Source of the DNA: Macrostomum hystrix
Taxonomy: Eukaryota; Animalia; Platyhelminthes
Reading direction: 5' to 3'
DNA length: 64,000 nt
NCBI GenBank assembly: GCA_950097015.1
Contig: CATNEN010000025.1
Location: forward strand, 4,154,001 to 4,218,000
This document shows, in pieces, positions 28,696 through 39,586 of the stretch. How positions within the stretch are numbered: position 1 is the stretch's first letter; each line of letters opens with the position of its first letter. The notes beneath the pieces are model-generated. The model was not told the DNA's origin. It searched no databases and saw only the letters and a program-made list of their open reading frames with translations. The position numbers were made by a program, and so were the translations under genes.

Positions 28696-28790
28696 TTCTT
28701 TCTAGAGTCGCTGCTAATTTTTCTGCTAACGGAGAGATGAAGCGAGAACGCGGTCCGGTGGTGGCGAGCGGCCACGCCGTCTGAGGGCGT

Positions 28791-28797
28791 TTTTATA
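28791..28797 (-). promoter_or_regulatory. TATA box of the TAL-like gene
   Basis: TATAAAA on the minus strand about 95 nt upstream of the ATG, in a GC-rich context. A matching AATAAA lies downstream of the stop (plus-strand TTTATT at about 27811). Confidence 0.5.
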
Positions 28798-29652
28798 GCC
28801 TTCGATACTGACGACCCGCCCATCTCTATGGGCCCACCGCCCCCTTGCAGGCACCGCGGAGTCTAGCTGCGGACTGGTTTTGGATGGGGTTGGCGTGGCG
28901 CGGTCAGGAATTTCCGAATAATGGAAGCCATTGTTCCAAACATTGAGAGATGAGGCAGCGCATGCAGTGGGCGTTCTTTCGCCACCCAGTCTCCACGCAC
29001 TGGTTCGAACAGAGGCTAATGCGAAGCGAACAATGCTCCGACTATTCTAGTGTCTGAGCCGCCACTGTCTGAATGCCGCTGGAGCCCATCCCACTCCCTA
29101 CCCGGTGCAGTCACCGATGGTAAGAACCGCCTAACTCTGGCTCCGCCAGCAGTGTTGTCATTGCATTGCGTTTGCCACCCCTCCTCCGCCCCTCCGACCC
29201 CCGTCTGGCCTGAAGCAAAGCATCCAAGCAGCTCCGAGTGTGACACAGCCTCAGGCTAACTCAGTTTGAGCTACGGTGAGTGCGAGCGACCTCCCCAGCC
29301 CGAATTTGAAACAACTTTGGGTTTTAAATGCGATGCTGCTGCATTTTCACCCAACTTTGCCTGCTTCTAAGCCCCTTGCCATGCAAACACACCCTTCCAT
29401 CTCGCCCTAGTTGGGTCAGTCCTTCAATCCAGTCCCTTAGACCTTCAGTCTGCCGCATCTAATTTATTTTGGCAGGAGAGTGCAGTGGGCAGCATTGGAT
29501 GCCACCGAGCAGGTCAGCGGAATTCCTTCATTTTTTATTGAGCGGCACTAAAATGCTGATACAATGTCAATTCTTGCAGTCCTCTGCAGTTCTTTAGTGA
29601 CTCTAGCTTCTGTAGGTTTTAAGTCTTTGCCGAGATGTTATTTCAATTATCA

Positions 29653-30463
29653 TTCATACCTTTACACTCATCCCGTCAGATTCATCCTGTCAGATTCATA
29701 CCTTCACACTCATCCCGTCAGATTCATCCTGTCAGATTCATCCTGTCAGATTCATACCTTCACACTCATCCCGTCAGATTCATCCTGTCAGATTCATACC
29801 TTCACACTCATCCCGTCAGATTCATCCCGTCAGACTCATCCCGTCAGATTCATACCTTCACACTCATCCCGTCAGATTCATCCCGTCAGATTCATCCCGT
29901 CAGATTCATCCCGTCAGATTCATCCCGTCAAATTCAACACTGTCAGATTCATACCGTCAGATTCATCCCGTCAGATTCATCCCGTCAGACTCATCCCGTC
30001 AGATTCATCCCGTCAGATTCATCCCGTCAGATTCATCCCGTCAGATTCATCCCGTCAGATTCATCCCGTCAGATTCATCCCGTCAGATTCATCCCGTCAG
30101 ATTCATCCCGTCAGATTCATCCTGTCAGATTCATACCTTCACACTCATCCCGTCAGATTCATCTTGTCAGATTCATACCTTCCCACTCATCCAGTCAGAT
30201 TCATCCCGTCAGATTCATCCCGTCAGACTCATCCCGTCAGATTCATCCCGTCAGATTCATCCCGTCAGACTCATCCCGTCAGATTCATCCCGTCAGATTC
30301 ATCCCGTCAGATTCATCCCGTCAGATTCATCCCGTCAGATTCATCCCGTCAGATTCATCCCGTCAGATTCATCCCGTCAGATTCATCCCGTCAGATTCAT
30401 CCTGTCAGATTCATACCTTCACACTCATCCCGTCAGATTCATCTTGTCAGATTCATACCTTCC
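29653..30463. repeat. 14-bp minisatellite (TCAGATTCATCCCG) with a 28-bp variant; left part of an array split by the LTR element
   Basis: Direct tandem periodicity. The same unit resumes at 35117-35335 and recurs at about 36603-36730. Confidence 0.95.
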
Positions 30464-30632
30464 TGTTGTGAATGACCTATGTGCACATTTGCTCATAGTG
30501 TACTTATGTAATCAATGTACATGTGAGGTTCAATAATATATATACACGGCTCTCGCTACGCGAGAGAGCACCCTCACCCTTGGTTAACTGGACTTGGCCT
30601 CGCCTCGCTTATTTGGCTAGCAGCCACAACAC

Positions 30633-30652
30633 TGGCATCGCAAGCAGGGGTT
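30633..30652 (+). promoter_or_regulatory. Primer-binding site of the LTR element (TGGCATCGCAAGCAGGGGTT)
   Basis: TGG begins 1 nt after the 5' LTR end. The complement ends ...CCTGCTTGCGATG-CCA with a G discriminator, which resembles tRNA-Ser 3' ends (inference). Confidence 0.7.
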
Positions 30653-30774
30653 AGAGCAAACCCCCCAAACCAGCGCAGTCCAGCCAATCAACTCACGGCA
30701 GCCAGGCCCACTAAGCGACTTTCGCACTCATACGGCACTCACAACTGCAAGTCAGCCAGTTGAGCCAATCGGAA

Positions 30775-33700
30775 ATGGGTAGCACTGAGAATGCCACAGC
30801 GCCAGCACTACGCCTGAACCTCAGAGAACCTCCACCATTTCTGGACAACCCAGGAACACCTGCAGTTTCGTGGGAAATCTGGGCCGCTGAGTTTGACACC
30901 TACCTGCTAGCATCCGGAATCGATAGCCTGCAAGAAGCCAGGAAGATTGCGCTGCTCACCCACTGCCTTGGGCGCGAAGGAGTACGAATCTACCGGACTC
31001 TCTCGGCTGACCAGGAAACGGCTCCGACAACACTAGCAGCGGCATGCGATCTCCTGAAGCAGCACTTCCAGCCAGCAGTGAGCGTGTATGCCAAGAGGCA
31101 CGAATTCCGGAAGTGCGTCCAGCGAAGCGCCGAAGGCGTGCAAGCCTTTGTGGCAAATCTGCGCCATGCCGCCAAGGACTGCCAGTTTGGAGTCCTCCAT
31201 GACGACCTCATCCTGGACCAGCTGATCTTTGGCACCTCGTCCTCAAAGGTGCGCGAAAGACTCCTACTTGAGAAGGAGCTCACGCTGGGCGGGGCAATCC
31301 AAATTGCAGCCCAGGTGGAAATGGCGGTCCACAGTGAGAATTCGCTGACTGGCAAGACAGCAGCCGACGACAGCATCAAGAAGATCAACTTTAAGAGAGC
31401 TTCCTACGACGCCAAGCAGCGCCAGACGGGTCAGCAGAACCAGTTCTGCTGCTCGCACTGCGGCCAGCGAGGCCACCGCACAGGCAGTGATCCGCGCTGT
31501 GCGGCACGAGGCAAGGCGTGCACGAAGTGCGGGAGGCTCAACCACTTCGCCAAGGTGTGCAAGAGCAGCACGACGGCACCGACCTCAGGCCAAAAGAAGA
31601 TTCAAGGCGTCGAGATAGACAGCTCCAGACAGCAGAGTATCTTCGCTGTCGGGTCGAGCCACAAAGGCCAATACAAGAGGGCCAGCATAAGAATCAATGG
31701 TCACAGCATCCCGTTACTGGTGGACACAGCCGCCAAAGTCTCCATCCTCAGCATGGAGACAAGCCGCAAAATCTTCGGATCTAAAATTCCTCTGCGCCCG
31801 TGCGACAAGAAGCTGCTTTCCTACAACGGCTCCAGTATCAGCGTCGCCGGCGAGATCGATGCCAGGGTCGAGTTCGACGGCGTTCAGCTTCCGTTGTTCA
31901 CCTTCACAATTGTGATGGACGGCGACGACCTGATGGGCATCGACCTGATGGACAAACTCGACTGCAAGGTCCTCGGACCTTCCGGCCATCAAATCTTCAT
32001 TATTAGCTCGGGTAACGAGGCTTCAGGTATGCCACCTATGCCAGATTGGATTCCTGCCAAGTACCACACTTTAGGCACCGGTCTCGGCGAGATCAAGGGC
32101 TTCTGCCACCGCCCCAGGGTAGACCCGACCGTGCCGCCGGTAGCCCAGCGGATGCGCCGGCTGCCGCTCGCTCTGCGCCAAGAGTGTGCTGCGGAGATCC
32201 ATCGCTGGAAGGAAGAAGGCATCATCGAGCGCGCCGAAGGCGACGTTCCTGATTGGCAATCGAATGTCACTTGCGCCAGGAAGTCTGACGGGAAGCTTCG
32301 CCTCTGCGTCGATCTGCGCAGTGTCAACAAGGCGATTGTCCCAGACTCGATGTCACTGCCAACATTCGCCGACCTAGTTACCGAGTTTGCCAACTCCAAG
32401 TTGTTCTCGCGGATTGATCTCAACCAGTCGTACCTGCAACTGCCGCTGCACGAAGACGCCAAGAACCTGACCTGCTTCCACACAGAATCCGGCCTGTACC
32501 GATTCAAGCGAATGCCATTCGGAATCAGCTCAGCTCCGGCGGCCTTCCAGAAGGTCGTCGGCAAGATCCTGGAAGGCATCGACGGCGTCATGCACTATCA
32601 AGATGACATCGCGGTGCACGCGGCAACGGAAGCCGAGCATGACAAACGCCTTTTCCGAGTCCTGGACAAGCTGCTGCATCACCGAGTCACCATCAACCTC
32701 AAGAAGTGCGTTTTCAAGGTTCCAGAGATCCAGTTCGTCGGACATCGGATCAGCGCCACCGGCATCCAGCCGCTTCAGTCCCACGCTGAGTCAGTAGAGC
32801 AACTCAAGGCACCGACGAACGCGTCCGAGCTTGCTTCCTTCCTCGGTTTCGCAAAGTTTCTCCAGTTCTACATCAAGAACCTGTCGCATGTCGCCGAGCC
32901 GCTGACAGCACTCCTGCGCAAGTATGTGCCCTGGAACTGGGACAAGAAGTGCGAGGCAGCCTTCAGTGAGGTCAAGCGGCTCATCTCATCCGCGCCGTGC
33001 CTAAAATTCTTCGATCAGAGCCACGAAACAGTCGTCTCGTGTGACAGCAGCGACGTCGCCCTGGGCGCTACTCTGGGCCAAATTGACGAGCGTGGACAAC
33101 TTCGTCCAGTCGCCTTCGCCTCGCGCGCTCTGTCTGACACCGAGCGCCGTTACTCCGCGACGGAGAAGGAGGCCCTGGCCTGCGTCTGGAGCTGCGAGCA
33201 CTGGCACCTTCTGCTGTACGGCCGGAAGTTCAAGCTGCTGACCGACCACCAGGCTCTGACCACCCTGCTAACAGCACGCGGAAGCGGCCAGCGGCCTCTT
33301 CGGCTTCAACGCTGGTGTGAGCGACTCTTCGTCTACGATTTTGACATCGAGTATGTTCCTGGTAAGCTAAACGTCCAACCTGACTTTCTGTCCCGCTACG
33401 GCTACGATCGTAAAAAGATCGGCCAAGAATCGATTGATCAACGTCAAACTGAGTCAGACATCAACCTAGTGCTTGCCAGGAGCTCCGAGCCTATTTCAGT
33501 TGCTCAGCTCGCCGAGGCCACAGCTAGCGATGACCAACTGCAGCGAGTCGTTCAGTTCGTGCTCAACGGATGGCCCACCGAGACTCCTAGCGACCTGAAG
33601 GGTTTCCATCAGGTGCAGCACGAGCTCTGCCTGTGGAACGACGGGCGCTGTCTGGCGAGAGGCAGCCGTGCGGTCATCCCAGCCTCACTCCGCGACCTGG

Positions 33701-34818
33701 TGTTGACGGAGGCGCATCAAGGGCATCTCGGCGTGGCGAAGGTCAAGGCGCGATGCCGCGAAACTGTCTGGTGGCCGCGCATTGACAGCGACGTGGAGAC
33801 ATTCGTGAGGAACTGCAGTGCCTGCATTCTGTCGGAGAAGGCGTTCAAGCCGATCAAGGTGCCCTGGTCAACCACGGAACTACCAGCCGGCCCGTGGAGA
33901 CAGCTCCAAGTCGACATCGTCGGAGAGCTCCCGGCAACCGAAGCGCCAAATTCGCACAGATTCCTCATCGTAGTCCACGACCTCTACTCCAAGTGGCCCG
34001 AGATCATCGCGTCTTCATCCGTAACCTCTACTGCCTGCATCGAGGCCCTTCGCAGCCTATTCGTCCGCTGGGGCCTGCCAGACGAGATCACAACTGACAA
34101 CGGACCACAATTCGTGTCGAGCGAGTTCACGGACTTCCTCAGCTCACTTGGCATCAAGCATCGCCGGACTCCATTCTATTGTCCGCAGCAGAACGGCGGA
34201 GTCGAAAGGTTCAACGGCTTCATCAAGTCTTCTCTACGAGCCCTGTTGGCCGACGGCGTGGCCATGAAGCAAGCTGTGCAGGAACTCCTGCTAGCGTATC
34301 GATCGGCTGAACACGCGCTGACCAAGAAGACCCCGGCCGAGATGATGCTAGGGCGGAAGCTTCGCCTGCATCTTGACCGGCTTCAACCGGCCGAGCCTGA
34401 GTCCGCGCCCAGCCAGGCGCTGCGGCGCACCGTCCAGGAACAACAGCAGCGAGCCGAAAGTCGCCGGAAACCTTCCAAGCAGAATCAGCAACCGCGGAGC
34501 GCCGCATTGTCCGTCGGCAGTCGTGTCCGCGTACGCCGACCGAAGAAAAGCAAACTCGGCAGCGGCATCTCCGAGCCGATGACGGTCGTCGGTCGCAACG
34601 GCAACACACTGACGCTAACCGATGGCAGTCGCTGGCACATCAGCCGCTGCATCCCAGACAACCGCCGCGGCTGGTGCGACGATGACGGTGACGGTGAGCT
34701 GCCACCCCAGCCAGCGGGTGCGCCGACAAGCCCGGCGCCACCAATGCCACCGCTGCGTCGTTCTGAGAGGCATCGTGCACCGCCTCAATGGTTCGGCAGT
34801 GTCGTGACCCACGATTGA
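30775..34818 (+). CDS. Gag-Pol polyprotein (Gag with two zinc knuckles, aspartic protease, RT, RNase H, integrase), about 1347 aa, uninterrupted
   Basis: The first ATG is at 30775; the ORF track starts at TTG 30760. Motifs: CSHCGQRGH...C and CTKCGRLNHFAKVC knuckles, LVDTAAKVS protease, YQDD in RT, CDSSDVALG/EKEALA in RNase H, HQGH...CSAC zinc finger, and VDIVG/TDNGPQF/GVERFN integrase DDE. The PR-RT-RH-IN order is Ty3/gypsy. Confidence 0.97.
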   Translation: MGSTENATAPALRLNLREPPPFLDNPGTPAVSWEIWAAEFDTYLLASGIDSLQEARKIALLTHCLGREGVRIYRTLSADQETAPTTLAAACDLLKQHFQPAVSVYAKRHEFRKCVQRSAEGVQAFVANLRHAAKDCQFGVLHDDLILDQLIFGTSSSKVRERLLLEKELTLGGAIQIAAQVEMAVHSENSLTGKTAADDSIKKINFKRASYDAKQRQTGQQNQFCCSHCGQRGHRTGSDPRCAARGKACTKCGRLNHFAKVCKSSTTAPTSGQKKIQGVEIDSSRQQSIFAVGSSHKGQYKRASIRINGHSIPLLVDTAAKVSILSMETSRKIFGSKIPLRPCDKKLLSYNGSSISVAGEIDARVEFDGVQLPLFTFTIVMDGDDLMGIDLMDKLDCKVLGPSGHQIFIISSGNEASGMPPMPDWIPAKYHTLGTGLGEIKGFCHRPRVDPTVPPVAQRMRRLPLALRQECAAEIHRWKEEGIIERAEGDVPDWQSNVTCARKSDGKLRLCVDLRSVNKAIVPDSMSLPTFADLVTEFANSKLFSRIDLNQSYLQLPLHEDAKNLTCFHTESGLYRFKRMPFGISSAPAAFQKVVGKILEGIDGVMHYQDDIAVHAATEAEHDKRLFRVLDKLLHHRVTINLKKCVFKVPEIQFVGHRISATGIQPLQSHAESVEQLKAPTNASELASFLGFAKFLQFYIKNLSHVAEPLTALLRKYVPWNWDKKCEAAFSEVKRLISSAPCLKFFDQSHETVVSCDSSDVALGATLGQIDERGQLRPVAFASRALSDTERRYSATEKEALACVWSCEHWHLLLYGRKFKLLTDHQALTTLLTARGSGQRPLRLQRWCERLFVYDFDIEYVPGKLNVQPDFLSRYGYDRKKIGQESIDQRQTESDINLVLARSSEPISVAQLAEATASDDQLQRVVQFVLNGWPTETPSDLKGFHQVQHELCLWNDGRCLARGSRAVIPASLRDLVLTEAHQGHLGVAKVKARCRETVWWPRIDSDVETFVRNCSACILSEKAFKPIKVPWSTTELPAGPWRQLQVDIVGELPATEAPNSHRFLIVVHDLYSKWPEIIASSSVTSTACIEALRSLFVRWGLPDEITTDNGPQFVSSEFTDFLSSLGIKHRRTPFYCPQQNGGVERFNGFIKSSLRALLADGVAMKQAVQELLLAYRSAEHALTKKTPAEMMLGRKLRLHLDRLQPAEPESAPSQALRRTVQEQQQRAESRRKPSKQNQQPRSAALSVGSRVRVRRPKKSKLGSGISEPMTVVGRNGNTLTLTDGSRWHISRCIPDNRRGWCDDDGDGELPPQPAGAPTSPAPPMPPLRRSERHRAPPQWFGSVVTHD

Positions 34819-35116
34819 GTGTGAACCGACATGTGACTCAAGTGACTGTTGTGGAGAGAGCAATCACATGCGATACGAACTGATTAAATGCATGTCTCAA
34901 ACTATGCCATCCCGCCCGTTGCCTGTCATCTCTTTGGAGGGGGGATGATGTTGTGAATGACCTATGTGCACATTTGCTCATAGTGTACTTATGTAATCAA
35001 TGTACATGTGAGGTTCAATAATATATATACACGGCTCTCGCTACGCGAGAGAGCACCCTCACCCTTGGTTAACTGGACTTGGCCTCGCCTCGCTTATTTG
35101 GCTAGCAGCCACAACA

Positions 35117-35335
35117 CTTCCCACTCATCCAGTCAGATTCATCCCGTCAGATTCATCCCGTCAGACTCATCCCGTCAGATTCATCCCGTCAGATTCATCC
35201 CGTCAGACTCATCCCGTCAGATTCATCCCGTCAGATTCATCCCGTCAGATTCATCCCGTCAGATTCATCCCGTCAGATTCATCCCGTCAGATTCATCCCG
35301 TCAAATTCAGCACTGTCAGATTCATCACATTAGAT
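35117..35335. repeat. 14-bp minisatellite, right part of the array split by the LTR element
   Basis: Same TCAGATTCATCCCG unit as 29653-30463. Confidence 0.93.
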
Positions 35336-35521
35336 TCATTTTAGCTCCCTCAAATCCTTTGTGGCTCAGCCAAATAACAATGTTTCCTGCACAGGCAGAC
35401 AGTCTGTCTGTCTGCCCGTGCACTTATTTGGAGAAACGATTAGTTGTCTGCAATTTGTCGCAGGCAAAAAGCTGCACTCAGTGAACCCTCATTGTACTAA
35501 CTTGCACTCTTGTTCAGTTAA

Positions 35522-35725
35522 CAGTAGAAAGACCATGCACGGGGGTAATTTCAAATTCTCACTGCCAACTTCACGATAGCTCCTAAACTGAATGACTGAT
35601 TTTCGTGAAAGTACGCCATACGGATCCACATTTTCTGCTCTTTATGATAATCTAACTTTCAAAGCCGTCCGACGTCAGCATCATCGAGATATTCAGCGAT
35701 TCTTGTCGAATACCCTGGTTGGAAA
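35522..35725 (+). mobile_element. Partial copy of a fold-back MITE family (one arm)
   Basis: Starts CAGTAGAAAGACC and aligns by eye to the reverse complement of 47191 to about 46995 (shared blocks CTTCACGATAGCTCC, GATTTTCGT, CTAACTTTCAAAGCCGTCCGA, GATATTCAGC.ATTCTTGTCGA). Confidence 0.65.
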
Positions 35726-35992
35726 GAGTAACTAACATGGCTCTGTAAAACGTGTTTGGCGAATCCATAGTGCAGTGGTTGAAATATATATCAATGAGCA
35801 ATGGTTCAACGCCTTATAACCAAGAATCACAGTCGACGTTCAAATAAAATCATATTTTTAGCAGAAAAAATTGAGTCTATAATTGTGGTTTTTGCCAACC
35901 ACACTAAATCAACCAACCACAACCAACCAACCCCGACTAGAACCGTTAAGTTGAATATCTCGTGCAAGATACAAACAAATACTTGTTTGAAC

Positions 35993-36140
35993 AATCCTGA
36001 CCTAAACAATCCTGACCTAAACAATCCTGGCCTTAGCAATCCTGATATAAATAATCCTGACCTAAAGAGTCCTGACCTACGAAATCCTGACCTATACAGT
36101 CCTGACCTAAACAATCCTGACCTAAACAGTTCTGACCCAA
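35993..36140. repeat. 15-bp minisatellite (CCTGACCTAAACAAT), about 9-10 units
   Basis: Direct periodicity. It produces the spurious NNPDL-repeat ORF. Confidence 0.85.
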
Positions 36141-36602
36141 GTGTTCCTTATCAAAATAGTTATGCTGAAAAAGCGAAAGATCGTTTTGATTTTGATTTAT
36201 TGACCAAAATCACAAATTTCACTTATAATGAGCAAAACAATCCTGACCAAAAATGCTGGACTAAATCTTTCCTGACCAAAGCATACCCTGAGTGCGTTAT
36301 TTTAAACTTACACGTTTTCTGTACTTTTAACGTAGAAGTAAGATTAATTTAATGTGGCACTGTGTTAATTATTGGATTTGCTCGTAAGTTTACAATACTG
36401 AAAAGTGCAGTGCCTGAGTGGCACTCCAAGGATATACTCGAATACTCAGTAGTATTAACATGCTGCCCTAAATATGTACTCACACCTAAGTGGTGTAGTA
36501 AACACTCCTACAATACACGTTAAAACTGAAAAGGGCATATTTATTGGTAATATTAACGTAAATACAGTACAGTAGCTGCTGCTTCATTTTAATTCGCCTA
36601 TT

Positions 36603-36730
36603 CGATTCATCTTGTCAGATTCATACCTTCCCACTCATCCAGTCAGATTCATCCCGTCAGACTCATCCCGTCAGACTCATCCCGTCAGATTCATCCCGTC
36701 AGATTCATCCCGTCAGATTCATACCTTCAG
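36603..36730. repeat. Third patch of the 14-bp TCAGATTCATCCCG minisatellite
   Basis: Same unit, and it includes the uninterrupted ATACCTTCCCACTCATCCAGTCAG variant. Confidence 0.9.
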
Positions 36731-38889
36731 AAGTTGTCGCTGTGAAATGAGAGTATCAATCCCTTTCCGGTTAACGGGTTTAGGCTCATGGATCCAGCAA
36801 GCATTAAAGCAAAATGAATCGCATCACAATGGTGCTTATTGGTAAATCTTTAGTCTGAACTAAGCATGTTGATAATTTGTTGGTGAGTATTTGATTATTG
36901 TAGAAACAATTATAAAAGTATGCAAAGTGCAAAGTTTTAAATTTAACTGGGCCATTTGGCTTTCTTTGAAATGTGTTCAAGTCGATCCAAAAGTGTGACA
37001 AAAACAATGGCGAACGTGTAGCGGTAGCAATTATTTTGTAGCTTCTTAGTTGTCAGATTCATTTGCCTGCACTATAGCTTGCACGGTTATAGTTGTTCTT
37101 CAGTGGACGTATTTACTTATTTCTTTCGAAGCGTACAAATGCACTTTATGAGCTCGACCACTCAAGCACTTTGAGGATTATAATTTATAAGACAGTGCGA
37201 GACAGACGGTTACTATTGTCGTAGGGCTCCTTTCTTCTTGTAAATTACTTATATTTATCCACTGCAAAATGCTTAGTTAATAATCAACTTTCGTTATATT
37301 TAAATTTACCCAATTATAGGGAAGTATAACACTTTAATTATATATAGGGCCTATGTATATTCAATAACTGTGGTAGCAAATTACAAGTGCCCGAGCGGTA
37401 AGACACTAACTTTCAAACTGTATAGAATCACTCTTTAATATTATTGGTTATAACCAGTCTTTAAAGGCTCCAATGGATTGGAGGGTACCAATCAAACACA
37501 ATGTATGTATTATTTACTCTACTCTATTCTATATAACTGACTCTGAGTCTCTGATAACCAATTTATCTTTCGCCTTTACCACCAAATATCCAACACAAAA
37601 CATGAGTGAATTTTTAAGTGAAAGAACTTTTTTGCTCATACAACATATATATTTAGGAACTTCTGTCTCTCAGACCATTGATTTTTAGGTTGGGGAAATT
37701 GTTCGTATATTGGGGGTGGGCATGCATAGTAAAACAAAGAACTAAAGCATATTTAAACAAAGCAAAATCATATGTGTATATTATCAATTTTCTAAGAATC
37801 ATACATATGCTAACTTTTACAATATTGTGTGAGCAGAAGAATGTAAAACTAGCCTACCACACTATAAAGTCTGTAACTTAACCTACTTTACAAATTATAT
37901 CTGAGGCTTTAGATTTAAATTCAGATTGCATCCAGTTGAAACTAAATTACTTGCTGTTGCTCTCTTGAGCTGCCTCAGAGTTCCAATTTAAACACACATA
38001 GTTGCAGAACAAATGAATGAGCAGGGAAAGAGAGAGCAAACCAGGGGATGCACAAGAGAAAGGGGCAAGCTGCTCTGAACTAAAAATCATGTTTCTTTGA
38101 ATACATTTTAAAGGCTATGAATTTCTACGAAACCCCAATATAACAAACCATTGGCATTGAAGCAATTAAACAGTTCAACGAGTATCAATGACTATTGCTA
38201 ACCTATGGAAAGAACCAAGCAAATTAATATCTATGCAAACTTTTTGTAACAACAAAATATGACTTCATGACGTCACAAAAGCTTTATTTTTGTTTGTAGG
38301 CCTGTGCCTTAATGCTATATGCTAATTTATTTTAGTACTCTGTATCAAAATGTAATTGTAAGAACTTTGTTTTTAATTTTTTTACAAAATCATTTTGCTG
38401 GCCAAGCATTACATAGCTCTAAGTTGAAATTGCACTATTTAGGATATATATATATATTTATTATTTATGAGTTGCCTCATATAGGCCTCGGTCAATGTCA
38501 TAAAAAATTCATATAGCCATATCGATCCTGTTTATTACTTACAAAATGCAAAGGGAAAATAATTTTACTTATGTAATTAAAATATACATGTATGTGTTCT
38601 TGTAATATAGAATAAAAAACTGGTAGAACAGAAAATTTTGCAATCCCCAAATTTCGCAGGTTCAATTCAAACTGCTTTTATAACAACAGTTTAAACAACT
38701 TCTTTAAATAAATTATAAATAATATAGACAGATATAGTTAGCCTACTACACAGAAGCACATGAAGCAATAGATATATAAAACACAGATACTTTCATCAAA
38801 ATATATTGTTGTTTATTTTAAAGTAAATGCTGCTATAAGCTATTTTAAGAAATTATACAATATAATTTGAAACAAAAGTGTAAGTCTGC

Positions 38890-39480
38890 TAGAATCTAAA
38901 TGATACCTTATCCACTCAAGGCTGAGACATCAGATTCACAGCAACCAAGCTGCTTGGCTACAGCTATAGGAAAATCCACACCAACTTCTGAAATTGGGTC
39001 AAGAAACTTCAATTGCCTCAGCAGCACTTGCCTCAGTACTTGCTAATGGCAAGGTAACCTGGCAGTAAAACTTGGGCACTGAAATGATGGAACACTTCTG
39101 AATCTTGGCAGAGCACTCACTAAAAAGCTGACAAGCATACTCACATAAAAATATCTTGGTCCTTAAGTTGATTACTACATTCAAAGGCAATACCAGCAAG
39201 ATTGCATATTGTTTTGGACTGTACTCAGTTTTCAGTCCAAAACAGCAGCTTATAGCAGACAGAAAACCTATTGGACACCCTGATACATTCTATGAATTAG
39301 TACAGAATTTGATTGATTAAGTTTCTCAAACTTTTCTATGAGTGGTAGAACTGCAGCTAGAAAAGGCAAATCAAAAGCAACTTCTTTGTCCTTCAATGGA
39401 TTACAAATAGCAGTGGCTTGTTCATTCTCGATTGCCCTGATGCAGCTTATTGGTAGACTTTTTGGTAGCTCTTCGTGAAA
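38890..39480 (-). pseudogene. Decayed hAT-like (ZNF862/C17orf113-type) transposase fragment
   Basis: My minus-strand translation gives ...CNPLKDKEVAFDLPFLAAVLPLIEKFEKLNQSNSVLIHRMYQGVQ*..., then KDQDIFM*, then QVLLRQLKFLDP, then EWIRYHLD, in different frames with stops and frameshifts. These blocks resemble the post-catalytic region of hAT-family transposases (recognised from memory, not searched). Confidence 0.55.
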
Positions 39481-39586
39481 ATTTGATATTGCGGCAACTG
39501 TAAAAATGGCTCACTACAGTCAGACGTCTGGACCCAATGAGAGCAGCTCTCTTTTATATGTGAAGAATCATTGAATTAAGTCGAAA

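Larger units (their letters stand above)
30464..35116 (+). mobile_element. Full-length Ty3/gypsy LTR retrotransposon (Mag-like), 4653 bp
   Basis: The 5' LTR (30464-30631) and 3' LTR (34949-35116) are 168 bp each and identical by eye. They have TGTTGTG...CACAACA inverted termini. A 5-bp TSD CTTCC sits at 30459-30463 and 35117-35121. There is a PBS at 30633, a PPT (GGAGGGGGGA) at 34936-34945, and a single gag-pol ORF. Confidence 0.97.

Noticed and set aside
28880-29010. A-box-like TGGCGTGGCGCGG and B-box-like GGTTCGAAC as a tRNA or Pol III gene
   Set aside because: The boxes are about 110 bp apart and I could not fold a cloverleaf.
29564-30475. HPVRFIPSDSSRQI-repeat ORFs (also 35008-35484 and 36612-36845)
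   Set aside because: These are translations of the 14-bp minisatellite, open in several frames, and they run into the LTR.
30711-34863. Numerous short ORFs overlapping gag-pol on both strands
   Set aside because: They are shadow frames of a GC-rich coding sequence with no recognisable motifs and no env-like or antisense gene signature.
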